Assembly (NCBI RefSeq): GCF_004010195.1
Contig: NC_057720.1
Span: 33,408,195 to 33,472,194 of the forward strand
Origin: Chiloscyllium plagiosum
Taxonomy: Eukaryota
Length of the DNA: 64,000 nt
Direction: 5' to 3'
Below the pieces are notes generated by a model, which made no database searches, had not been told where the DNA came from, and saw only the letters and a program-made list of their open reading frames with translations. Each line of letters starts with the position of its first letter. Within the stretch, counting starts at the first letter, position 1. Shown piece by piece: positions 11,350 to 23,730 of the stretch. The position numbers and the translations under genes were made by a program.

Positions 11350-13000
11350 AAATATTCTTATCATCTGTAACCACGGGTGAGGTGCCGGAGGACTGGAGGG
11401 TGACTAATGCTGTGCCTTTATTTAAGGAGGCTGAAGAAAGTAACTTGGGAACAAAAGATCTGCAAGTCTGACGTCGATGGTTGGTGAGGTGATTCTGAAA
11501 GGTAGGATTTACATGAGTTTAGAGGCAAGGAATGATTAGGGATAGTCAGCATGGTTGTTTGAGAAGGAAATAGTATCTTACAAACTTGATTGAGTTTTTT
11601 GAGGAAGTAACCAAAAAGATTGAGGAGGGTAGAGCAGTACATATTGTTTACTTGGACTTTAGTAAAACCTTTGATAAGGTTCCACGTGGTAGACTAATTA
11701 GACCATATGGGATTCAGAGTGAGCTTGCCAATTGAATACAAGATTGGCTTGACAGTAGGAAACAGAGGGTAGAGGGTTGTTTTTCAATCTGGAGGCCTGT
11801 CACCAGCGGTGTGCCACAGGGATCAGTGCTGGATCCACTTTTATTTGTCATTTATACAAATGATTTGGATGAGAATATAGGAGGCATGGTCAGTACGTTC
11901 ACAGACAACACTAGAATTGGTGGCACAGTGGACAGTGAAGGTTATCTACGATTACAAAGAGATTGTGATCGATTGGGTCAATGGGCTGAGGAGTGGCAGA
12001 TGGAATTTGACTTGGATAAATGAGAGATATTGCATTTTGGTAAAACAAACAAGGGCAGGACTTAGATAATTAAGGGTAGTGTTACAGAATAGAGAGATTA
12101 GGGCCAAACAAAAACAGAAATTGCTGCGAAAGCTCAGCAGGTCTGGCAGCATCTGCGAAGAGAAATGAGAGTTAATGTCTTGGGTCCAGTGACCCTTCCT
12201 CAGAACACCAGACATGAAACATTAACTCTGATTTCTCCTCACAGACGCTGCAAGGCCTGCTGAGCTTTTCCAGCAACTTTTGTTTTTGTTTCCAATTTAC
12301 AGTACCTGCAGTTCTTTCAGTTTTTATTTAGAGAGATCTAGGTGTTCAGATACATAATTCTTTGAAATTTGTATCACAGGTAGACAGGGTGGTTAAGAAG
12401 GCATTTAGTACACTTTCCTACATTGCTCAGACCTTTAAGTATCGGAATTGGGACATCATACGGAGGTTGTACAGGACATTGGGGAGGTCTCTTCTGAAGT
12501 ACTGTGTGCAGTTTTGATCGGCCTGTTATAGGAAGGATATTATTAAACTGAGAGGCTTCAGAAAAGATTTACCAGGATATTGCTGGGAATGAAATGTTTG
12601 AGTTATGAAAACAAGCATAGGGGTTGAGCGGTGACCTTCGAGGTTTATAAAATCATGGTGGCATAGATAAGGTTAAAACCAAAGGTCTTTTCCGTAAAGT
12701 GGGGGAGTTCAAAACAAGGGGGCATAATTTTAAGGTGAAAGGAGAAAGATTTACAAAGGACTTGAGAGGCAATTCTTTTTTAATATAGAGAGTGGTTTGT
12801 GTGCGAAATGAAGTGCCGGAGGAAGTGGAGGATGCAGGTACAGTTAACAATGGTGAAAAGTACATTTGGATAAGTACATGAATATGAAAAGGTCTGGAAG
12901 GATATTGGCCAAATGCTGAAAAGTGGGACAAGTTTAGTCTGGGAATCTGGTCAGCTTGGACTCGTTGAACTGAAGGGTCCATTTCCATGCTGTATGACTA
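11350..13000 (+). mobile_element. Degenerate CR1 LINE (RT to 3' tail), interrupted by a PLE-tail insertion
   Basis: VPQGSVLDPLLFVIYTNDLD...WAEEWQMEF ORF; CR1 tail ending ccatgctgtatgact. Confidence 0.93.
12103..12328. mobile_element. Palindromic PLE-tail insertion (HHR family B) with TSD
   Basis: Imperfect inverted arms of about 75 bp, flanked by tagagagat(c)tagg at 12090 and 12329. Confidence 0.8.
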
Positions 13001-14444
13001 AGAAGAAGACATAAATGAAATGACTTGGGTTGGAACATCTGGAAACTCACTACCTTTGGGGTCAACAGGAAGAAAGGAGACATGGGGTTTGGCAGATATC
13101 TGAATTACCAACTTGAGCCCATGGCCCTCTGTTCCAAACGTGAACTGAGTTGCCTTCAATCCTTGTGTGAATTGGTAATGAAACATGGCTGCAACCATAC
13201 CCAGAATGAGCAGAGTAAATGAGTTTTTCTTCACCTGAACAGATGGGTTCTACTAATGAGTGATAAGACACCATTCTTGAGACAATTACATTAATCAGGC
13301 ATTTGCAATGAAATCTTAGTTCAAACAGAGTGTCCAACCGCATGGTATACAAATCCTAGACCCAAGTTATCTCAACTGTGTCATTGGTTATTACTGATTG
13401 ATCATAGTAATCTCTGCGAAATAAACGTAATCATATGTGACCTTTAAAGTTTGTGCGCCCCAATCACAAAGACAATAAGTTTATAAGTTGCCACTTTACA
13501 CAGCATCTTATGTACAAAAGTGCCTAGATACAATTTCTTCAGTTAGAGCAACGTCACCAACACATGGTATCATCTCAAATACGGAGTATCTCGGTAAAAC
13601 CCCAGTTACAGAAGAGAGAAATGAAGTGGCAACCAAAGCTGATTTCCTCTCACCTTGAACTCCAAGTATTTAACAACATGCTCTGATAAGCAATGCTGCT
13701 TTTTTTGGGGTGATGTGAGGGTTGGGGACCTGGCTTCAGTAATCCCACAAACACTAAATCTCAGACAGTCCTTGCATGATATGGATTGTTCTGCATATAT
13801 CAGAATAAGGCTCCTTCTACAGATCCATGTAGAAGAATCCCAGGGCCCTCCTTGTGGGAGTCCACCAGATCTCATCAGATGGAGAATGACACTAAACCAT
13901 CAGTTTTGTGTGATACTAATCCTGACTGCTCACATTACTGAGGACCTGTTTTGTTTCTAATATTCCTCACACAGGTTTATTAGAATTGGCGATCAATGGA
14001 TCCAGACATAGCAAGGGCTGTCGTTATTGCTGCAAATGAGCCAAGAAATGGAGGAGAAACCGATACACCAGTAAACCCAGTACCAGAGCAAGATCCAGCA
14101 GCTGCCAAACAGCCTCCATATGAAAAAGTTGTAACTGAAAGCCCCCTCAGGATGCCAAGGTGGTACAAGAGGCCAAGAGTCTATTGTCCTTGATGCCATT
14201 TCCTCCAGATAACTGAGGGACAGTGTCACCTCAGACTGTGGACGTCGTGGAACACTGTCACAGAGTTTTGTCAACTGCTGGAGGGGGACCTGTAACCTGA
14301 AATGGTAGCCATCAAGGTGACAGCTGTGCTAAACTTTTATGCAGCTGTCTGAATCCAAGGATCCACTAGGGACCCTAAATTCAACTCAAATTTATCAAAG
14401 GTGTCACTGATGCAACTTGTGCTAGATCACAACACTTCACATTT

Positions 14445-14750
14445 TTTAATTCATTGACAGAATGTGGGTGTCATTGTCCAGGCAAGCATTTACTGCATAG
14501 CCCTAATCGCCCAGAGGGCGGTTTAAGAGTCAGCGCAGGCCAGACCAGGTAAGGACGGCGGTTTCTTTCCCTAAAGGACACGTGTGAACCAAATGGATGT
14601 TTCTGGCAATCGGCAATGGATTCATTATCATTAGACACTTAGTTCCAGATTTTTATTGAATTCAAATCCCACCATCTGCCGTGGCAGGATTCGAACCTGG
14701 GTCGCTGGATTAACAATCCAACGACAATCCCTTCAGGCCTTCACCTGCCC
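14445..14750 (-). mobile_element. tRNA-derived SINE with L2-like 3' tail
   Basis: Minus-strand B box ggttcgaatcc; same body as 18250-18590, 42390-42628 and 57670-57905. Confidence 0.75.
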
Positions 14751-14909
14751 ATGACTTCATTTCGTCGGTGAACAAGCCAATGCTGCATACCAGGTTCAGG
14801 GCACTACAGATTGTAAACATTCCATTCCAGAGCCAGATCATAAACCCAGCTGATTTTATCACCAGAAAAGGAGTCTCATTCTATCAATGTACTATTAACC
14901 TGTGATTAA

Positions 14910-15435
14910 TGCTACCACATTGTATCCAGCTCTGGCCACCTAGTTATTGGAAGGATATAATTAAGGTGGAGAAGGATCAGAAGAGATTTACCGGGTTAGT
15001 GCTGAGCATGGAAGGTCTGAGTTATAAGGAAAGGCTGGGACTCGTTTCACTGGAACATAGGAGATTGGGCGACCTTATAGAGGTTTATAAACTCAAGAAG
15101 GATACAGATAGGATTAATGGTAGTTGACTTTTCCCTAAGATGGGGAATTTCAAGACCAGGGTACAAATGTTTACATTAAGAGAAGATAAATTACAAGAGG
15201 CAAAATTTTTACACAAAGGGCGGCTCGCGTGTGGAATGGGCTTCCTGAGGAAGTGGTAGATGAGAGTACAATTACAACATTTAAAAGACATTTGGATAGG
15301 TACATAAATAGGAGAGGTTTGAAGGGATATGGACCAGGAACAGGCAGGTGGGACTAGTTTAGTTCGGGATTATGTTCAGCATGGACTGGTTGGACGGAAG
15401 AATCTGCTTCCATGCTGTGTGACTCAATGACTCTA
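14910..15435 (+). mobile_element. CR1 3' fragment
   Basis: HCIQLWPP..KDIIKVEK..RRLGDLIEVYK followed by the CR1 tail. Confidence 0.9.
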
Positions 15436-15451
15436 AGTCTGCATCAGGTAC

Positions 15452-16419
15452 TGGATTAGTGGTGCTGGAAAAGTACAGCAGTTCAGGCAGCATCCAAGGA
15501 GCAGCGAAACCCTTCATCAGGAATAAAGGCAGAGAGCCTGAAGCGTGGAGAGATAAGCTAGCGGAGGGTGGGGGGTGTGGAGAAAGTAGCATAGAGTACA
15601 ATAGGTGAGTGGGGAGGGGATGAAGGTGATAGGTCAGGGAGGAGAGGGTGGAGTGGATAGGTGGAAAAGGAGATAGGCAGGTAGGACAAGTCCGGACAAG
15701 TCATGGGGACAGTGCTGAGCTGGAAGTTTGGAACTAGGGTGAGGTGGGGGAAGGGGAAATGAGGAAACTGATGAAGTCCACATTGATGCCCTGGGGTTGA
15801 AGTGTTCCGAGGCGGAAGATGAGGCGTTCTTCCTCCAGGCGTCTGGTGGTGAGGGAGCGGCGGTGAAGGAGGCACAGGACCTCCATGTCCTCGGCAGAGT
15901 GGGAGGGGGAGTTGAAATGTTGGGCCATGGGGCGGTGTGGTTGATTGGTGCGGGTGTCCCGGAGATGTTCCCTAAAGCGCTCTGCTACGAGGCGCCCAGT
16001 CTCCCCAATGTAGAGGAGACTGCATCGGGAGCAACGGATACAATAAATGATATTGGTGGATGTGCAGGTAAAACTTTGATGGATGTGGAAGGCTCCTTTA
16101 GGGCCTTGGATAGAGGTGAGGGTGCAGGTTTTACAGTTCCTGCGGTGGCAGGGGAAGGTGCCAGGATGGGAGAGTGGGTTGTAGGGGAGAGTGGACCTGA
16201 CCAGGTAGTCACGGAGGGAACGGTCTTTGCGAAAGGCGGAAAGGGGTGGGGAGGGAACTAAATCCTTGGTGGAGGGGTATTTTTGAAGGTGGCGGAAATG
16301 TTGGCGGATAATTTGGTTTATGCGAAGGTTGGTAGGGTAGAAGGTGAGCACCAGGGGCGTTCTGTCCTTGTTACGGTTGGAGGGCGGAGGTGCAGGATGT
16401 GGACGAGATGCGTTGGAGG
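15452..16419 (-). mobile_element. 5'-truncated Penelope-like element with open GIY-YIG endonuclease C-terminus (Neptune-like Cys linker) and family-A tail
   Basis: ORF 15734-16432: PLVLTFYP..GTFPCHRRNCKTC..NIIYCIRCSRCSLLYIGETGR..RFREH..GIN. Perfect 11-bp TSD gcatcaggtac at 15441-15451 and 16420-16430. Confidence 0.93.
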
Positions 16420-18249
16420 GCATCAGGTACACTAGGAGCTCTCATAACGCCTATTTCACTAAAAACTTCCAACTCCTGCTTTGTTTCAAGGGCCGGATGC
16501 CTTATAAGGATGGTGAATGGGAGACAAGGACTATTCCCTGATTCAGAGCAGATAACTCAGGTACACAAACCCACTGACTGAAGCCAGGATAGATACAGTT
16601 AGCCCATTCTTCCACGAAAGCCATGATGCAGCAGATGATAGATCTCATGAAGAGGTTCTGATGCTCGGATGGTTCTGTGGAGACCTTGCAGTATAGGCTC
16701 GGCTGAGTGTGTCATGTAATTCTAGCACAACAGGATGGGCTGAGGGGAAAAAAAGAGCACCGCCTCCTTGGGTAGCATTTTAAGATGGAGGACACTAAGG
16801 GCAGATAACCTGCGTAGCTCGAGCTTTTGTAACTGCAGCTGTAAGAAGGCAGGCAAATTATAACGTAAAATGGCAATACATTTTGAGTGTGAGATTCTAT
16901 CTACATTGAGATGTTACCATGCCACCCAGCTGAATTCAGAAACTTTCTTTCTTGTTCCCCCTCGGCTACGTGCAATATGAAGAGCAGTGTCTGACCTGAA
17001 GCACAAAACCCCTTAAACTGATGGCACATGCACTGAGAATCCTAAAAAGGTCCCAGCAGGAGTGAATATGTCTGCCACTGTTGAAAGCATGATAATGAAA
17101 GCAGGGCTCTATACATGTTTTGTACACAGTTAATAAACTGAGCGGCAGACAACAGCCTGAGATAACTTGCAAGTGCTCAAAGGGAGAAACCCTCCAAAAC
17201 TCACCAAAATTGACATTTGGCTGATTTTTGGAAATTTCACTCCGCCACCATCCGCCCCGGGACACTCCGCCACCGTCACTCTCACTCTCCCGCGCACTCC
17301 GCCAATGTCACACTCATACCCGCACACACTTCCCCACTGTCACGCTCACTCCCCCACACAATTCACAAGCATAAATGTTTTCCACCAAGTGGAAAGTCAC
17401 ACTTTTTACATGAAATTACTAAACATTATTATGTGTGGTTATGAATTAATGCCATACTTCAATATCCCTTGGAATAAAAGCAAATAGTTACATCCAGACA
17501 CATTTCTGTTCATTCTACAAGAAAGGAGGTAATGTCACTTTTATTTATCACATCAACAACATTTTTGGAGCCAGTTTAAGAAAATAAGTTTTCTTCATTG
17601 CTCACAAAATGGAGCGATCAAGATGGGTCAGAGTAAAATATGCAAGTGTCACAAGTGGGAGATGCTTTTGTACATTATGAAATCTCAATGTGGGAGGCAC
17701 CCTCAGGAAATGGACAGCTGCAGGCTTTAGCATAGTTAAAAGGAACGGCATCTTTATTGTTCAAAGATTTCTTTTTTCATTATCTTGTATAAAGGAAAAA
17801 AATTTATCAAATACAGATCCAGATCCTGGATTCGTTTTGAGAACTGTTAACATTGGGAGATAGGGTAGAGTGACTTTTAAGAATATGGCGGGTTGTTTTA
17901 TTTACAATGGTGTGGTTTGCTGCAGTGAAATTTGTCACAGCAATCAAAATTTAAACTGAGTTTTCAGTTTACTATTATGCATTCAGACTGGCCTGAAGCT
18001 TTCCCAGCAAGATGGAAGCTTTTAATAAAAGTTTTATTTTTGCAGCTTTGTGGTTATGGACTATCTATCTAAAACCTCAAGGAAGAGCTATTTAACTCAG
18101 TGTTATAACAAATAAACAAAGTGCAGTGAGGTATTTGTTTTGAGTATCCTCTTCACTTGTTGCAGCAAGGACTTATCAAATAACCAACAGAAATGAGCTG
18201 ATTATTTTCAATCCTGAAAAGCTAGCTTTGACAAACTTACAGTGTGCTT

Positions 18250-18590
18250 TTTTTGTTTATTCACAGTTTGATGGCATCACTGGCCAGGTCAGCATCCCTG
18301 ATAGTTAAGAGTCAATCACATTGCTGTGGGTCTGGATTCACATGTAGTCAGACCAGGTAAGGAAGGCGGTTTCCTTTAGGAAAGGACATTAGTGAATCAG
18401 ATGGGTTTTCTAGCAACCAATACAGTTCATGGTCATCATTAGACACTTAATTCCAGAATTTGTTTTTTCAAATTGGTTTCAAATGCCACTTTTTGCCATG
18501 GTAGGAGTCAAACCTGGGTCCTTTGAACATTCCTGGGTCTCCCGGGGTGACAGTCCAGTGATAATACCACTAAGCCATTGCCTCCCCTTT
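18250..18590 (-). mobile_element. tRNA-derived SINE with L2-like tail
   Basis: Homologous to 14445-14750. Confidence 0.75.
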
Positions 18591-19769
18591 TTATGTCCAA
18601 GTAACCTACCAGTTATCATTTATTCACCAGCATAAATGATTTTCACCAAGTGGAATGTCACACCTTTTATTTTAAATAAGACAGAATGAAACATCATAAA
18701 GCAATTTACTTAAATGCTCACTACTATTTTGGATAACAGCATAGAACACACAGCATACAAACAGGTCAAGCACGTCAACTGGTCCTTGGTGATGCTGTGC
18801 AATCCACATGAGCTTCCTCCCACCATTTTCCCTACCACTGCATATTTATTTTCTCCTTTGTGCTTATCCATCTTCCCCTGAAATGCAATTATAAACTTCA
18901 CAACTATAGGTGTATGCCCAGCTCTCATCTGAAACTTGCGTTTTCTGTTTAATTGGAAAAGGTGCAGGGAACCACAGATTTTGTTTCTCCTAACCACAAG
19001 ATGTCAAAAGAAGAAAGTTAATATGCATGAGTCTTCATGAGAGCATCCTAAAAGATTCAGTCATCTGGGTGGTTGCTAAGCAGAGATAACTTTTATTTAT
19101 TAGGAGCAAACTAAAGTCTCACTCTGCCATAAGCACACATTCCAAAAGGCTAGACTAGGGAGAAGTCTGTCGAGAGGCCATCTGACCATTTTCTCCAGCT
19201 ATGACAATATAAGAAATGGAAATAACATGATGGGAATAAAGAAGAACGTACAAACTACATGAAAAGCATTAATCTACTAAAACTTTTTTTAAAATAGTTA
19301 CAGTGACATTCCTATCACTCAAGTAACCAATGTTAAATCTCAAACAAATTATTCTTCTAAATTTCAGTTGGGATAAAATGTCACATTTCTCCACCATCTA
19401 GTCATGCTCACTAGTTTTTAGGTTAAGGCAGACTACATACGTTTTATTTGCAGCACACACCAGTTAAACCAACCAGCCACACAATTCTATGTTTGCACAT
19501 CAACTCCTGTATACAAGTGTACGGTTAAAAGATTAACTGGGAAAATCTTTCCGGACAATAATGTAATATTAAAGAGTTAGACTGCAAAACGGAACAAAAC
19601 GGAGGTGGTTGGGGACGTCACTGTCTTTTAAAAAGCATGTAGAATATGATGACTATTCATTGTAACTTACAATTCATCTAGACAGTCATTTGCTATTACT
19701 CCCTTGCTATTGTCAAGTTAAACAATAATTCAATCTCATCCATCCAGAAATGCTTTCTGGCCAGAGGTA

Positions 19770-20162
19770 TGTCACACCTGCATTGTCTTGGGGAATCACC
19801 GAGGCAGGAAATCATCTGCATGATGATTGCCCAGGATTAGGGCATTAGCATTATCTCCGAGGATGATCTCATCCTGCCATTCTCTGGGGTAGCATGTGAC
19901 TGAGTGTAACTAGGGGTTGTCTTGAGTGGCATGTGACTATAGGGGAGTGGCCAGAGCATCTGTAGCATTGCCAATAGTCTTGTATAAAAGGGATATATTT
20001 TCTTTGTTCGGCGTCTCTCTTCTGACTCGAATTTGTGCGCTCGCAAAGAGTATCAGAGGGGTTACCCAGCTTGTACAAGCTTTATTAAACTTTAACTGTT
20101 TGCAGAAGTTGGTGTGTGTAAATTGCATCTCGTATGCGAAACCTCAGGAAAGGAACGTAACA
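19770..20162 (+). mobile_element. Probable solo LTR
   Basis: TGTCAC...GTAACA termini, TATAAAAG at about 19984, ATTAAA at about 20084; no perfect TSD. Confidence 0.6.
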
Positions 20163-20854
20163 CGAGTACTGTTAAACTATATCCTACCATAGCAACAAAA
20201 ATCAATGAATGCCATGCAATAAATGGTCTCAGTGCTAGATACTTATCAAGTATTTTATTACGACAAGGTAAAGAATGGGGAAATCAATTCCCTTTCATTA
20301 ACTCTCTCTTGGTTGGTTCTAACAAATTTTTTTAAGCACATATCTATCTTACTTCAACTAAAGTATAATGAAGAAGCCAAATTTACAATATTTGAATGCG
20401 AGGAATATTATCTACTCACCTGAAAAATAATAAAAACTCAGCAATCAACACACACATAAACACAGATAATAAGTTCAAAAGAGAAAAAAGTGGCTAGTAT
20501 GTCAAGAATAGGTTGCACAGTCAAGAACCTGGGGTCTTGAAAGTTTTAGATTTTAAATCCAAGGCCTTTTTTTTACTCCATCTGCAGCAATATAGTTTGC
20601 AGACATCTAGTTCTTCATATGATTGTTGTCCAGATCACTTTTTTTAAAAATGGGCACAGATTCGGATTGCAAAACAGACAGGCAAGGACAGACTTCCAGC
20701 TTCGCTATGCCATCAGACCTTTTTTTCTTAAAAAAAAAGTCTTTGTTTTGGTGCTCAAAGCAGTGTTGATATAGGCCCATTTGTATATATTCCAGAGTTC
20801 ACTCTATTGTCGTTGCAAATATGACAATATTTTCCCAATATGTGAAAATATGCA

Positions 20855-21035
20855 GTTAAGTGAATTGGCCATGCCAAACTGTCCATAGTGTTCATGGATG
20901 GAAAGGTTAGCTGCATTAGTCTGTGATAAATGTAGGATAATAGGGTAGGGGAATAGGTCTGGTTGGGTTACTCTTCAGAGGGTCGGTGTGGACTTGTTGG
21001 GCCGAAGGGCTTGTTCCCACACTGTAGAGATTCTA
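20855..21035 (+). mobile_element. HE1 SINE, 3' half
   Basis: gtgaattggccatg...gggtcggtgtggacttgttgggccgaagggc. Confidence 0.8.
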
Positions 21036-21825
21036 TAAAAACAAGAGATGTGAATTTCATAGTGCTGACACAGTTGGCTGGTTTCAGGCTTTTGCCAAAA
21101 GTGTGACCTCAACGCAGCTGGTTTGGTTTATCTTAAGTGGGTTCCCTGGACCTCTCTCAATTTTTGGCCAGGAATCAAGCAGCCATGTCAGGTCAGAATT
21201 CATTCACTTTTTTAAAAAGCATTTCCGTGCAATGGTCTTAGGTATGACAATCAGACTTTAAAACTCAATATTGCTACAATCATAGCCTAATTTTATTTGG
21301 AATCATAACTAAGATTAGTACATTTTCTGAGTTGTTTATTCGAGCTATTTTTTCAGATAAATCTTTGTTGCTCAAAAATCAGATTCCTATTTTCAGGAGC
21401 AGAGTTTATGATAAACTGAATAAAAGCTCCCATCCACAAACTAAACAAGCAAAACACAGCTCAATATAAAGCATTAATTCAGGAGGCAAGCATCCTTAAA
21501 ATCAGTTGAAAAAAAAAGGTCCAAACTAGCTAGCCCAACCCCACAACTTCCAACAAGGTGCTGTACAAACAAACATTATGCATGGCTTACAAGCCAGAGA
21601 AAAGGTGGAAAGGTGGGTCTTCTGCACCAACATTACAGGATACATATCAAACAAAATGACACACAAGTACTGATAGTTATTCATAACATAAAAAGGGAGT
21701 ATCCTCATTGCACGTGATCTTCAGTTTTCACTTCCAAAGGTAAACCCCTCACCTGTTAAATCTGTTAGTATGGGCTAGATGTACATGCAGTAACATCAAG
21801 ACCAATTAAATATTCAATTCAGTTC

Positions 21826-21852
21826 AGATAGATAGATAGATAGATTGATAGA
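21826..21852 (+). repeat. (GATA)n microsatellite
   Basis: About 6 units, one imperfect. Confidence 0.8.
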
Positions 21853-22934
21853 GAAAAAAGAAAGAAAGCAAGGGACGCAATTAGACTACAAGTATTCAAT
21901 TTTAATTCCTTCAACAAAATAAAATGTTAAAACAGCACATGCCACTGTCAGGAAATAAAATATGTGAAAGCTATAATTCTCTGTCCTGTCATGTGCACTA
22001 ATGCTTTTGGCATAATAGGTTGAATCAGGTGTTCCCTTTCATGGATTGCAAGCAGGTCACAATAACTTGTTACAGTCATTAGTTTCAAATGCAACATTAT
22101 AAGCCAGAAATAAATATTCATTGCATTAAAGATAAATTTTTAGGACATGGTTACAAACCACACCGTAATTGAGGGCCAAGGCTTTCATTATAATGAAGCC
22201 AGCATGGCACAAAAGCTCACTGACAGTCTAGAAATAAAACCAAGCTTCTGGCTTTGGACATACGGGTGCTTTTAAAATTGTCATGACCCTGGATCAGTCC
22301 ACCAAATTTATTTTACAATCTGGCTAGGGGCAGTAACTTTTTTTTTGAAGCAGACAAAATGTGAGATCCTAGGTACTTACTGAGAGAATAAATCCACAAG
22401 ATTTCATTGTTTAAAGAAAATCGATAAACTTCACAAAGTTGGACGTACAACGTACAATACGTAACAAAGATTAACATCCAATTACAATTAATCGGTGATA
22501 AACATGAATAACAGTGTCAAATAGCCAATGGAGCATATTAGATAGCAAAGTGGTAAAGAGATTCCATGGATTTCTCAGGCTCCAGACATTAGCAACATTG
22601 TGCATCAACAAAATCTCAAACTTTTCAAAGGAGTCAAATTCTTCACTGTTGAGGACCAAGTTCAAGAGCTGTCTCTCAAAATCCATTCCATCACAGACTA
22701 TCAATTGAAATGGCACTCCTGTAGATTCTGGAAAGTGCACTCTAACATTTACTCTCAGGCACAATTTCAGCTTTTCACAGACCGCTGGCTTTGTCAAGCT
22801 GTTACTGCCTATGTTTTTCCACGTTCTAATCTTGCTCAGCTGTACAAAGCGAATACTGTTTATGGGATTCCTCCACCCACACTCTCAGCTGCACTAAACT
22901 AAATCACAAGTGATTTAACTTAAATAAACTACAG

Positions 22935-23730
22935 GCCTCAACTGTTTACAATTTAAGTTACTTAAATGAAGGGACAGAAGATAGTTGCTAAATTTGCTGA
23001 CAACACAAAAAGGTTAGGAAAGCACATTATAAAGAGAAAATAAGAAAGCTACGAAGCTATATAGATAGATTGTGTGTCCAGCAGATGTGGTAAGTGGCGT
23101 ATTAATGTGAGAATATATGAATTGACCATTTTGACAGAAGAATAAAAACATTACCTAAATAGTAGGAGATTGAAGAGCTCGGATTTGTGACCACATCTGG
23201 CGTACTGTGCACAATATTGAACACCTTCCTTAAGTAAGGATACAGATGTGTTAGAGGTCACTCAGACAGGAAAACTAATATTGGAATGGGGAGGGGGGAG
23301 TTGTCATCTAAGAAGAAAGGCTCCAGGCACAGCTTGTATCTGCTGATGCTTAAAGGATTAAGGGGTGAATTGATTGCAATGTAACATCCTGAGGGGTCTT
23401 GACAAGGCAGATGTGGGGAGGACAATTCCTCATTAGTAAACCCAGAACGAGGGGGCACTGCCTTAAAATCAGGGCCATCCAACTATAAAAGAGATGAGGC
23501 AAAAAATTCTATCTCAGATGACTGAGAATCTTTGGAACTTACTTCCTGAAAAAAGGCAGTGGAAGTAGAGACCATGAATACTTTTAATGCAGGGATGGTT
23601 AGATTCTTGTTAAGGGTTAATATTAGGGCTGAATGAGAATGCAGTTTTGAGAACAGCCATGATTTTAATGAATGGTGAATCAAGCTCAAGGGGCTGAATG
23701 GCATTGTGCTGCTCCTAATTTGTATGTTTA
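22935..23730 (+). mobile_element. Old CR1 3' fragment
   Basis: gctaaatttgctgacaacacaaaa (AKFADNTK), RPHLAYCAQ and a ggggctgaatggc tail. Confidence 0.75.

Larger units (their letters stand above)
13996..16760 (+). mobile_element. Fossil PIF/Harbinger (HARBI1-like) DDE transposase, split by three insertions
   Basis: Collinear motifs IKVTAVLNFYA (14311), QVQGTTDCKH (14791), FITRKG/HSINVLLTCD (14855-14906), RYTRSSHNAY (about 16425), GW*MGDKDY (16508), KRF*C..LQY (about 16650-16695). Confidence 0.8.

Noticed and set aside
22280..22930. Possible LTR starting tgtcatgacc
   Set aside because: Could not identify the other terminus, a TSD or a second copy.
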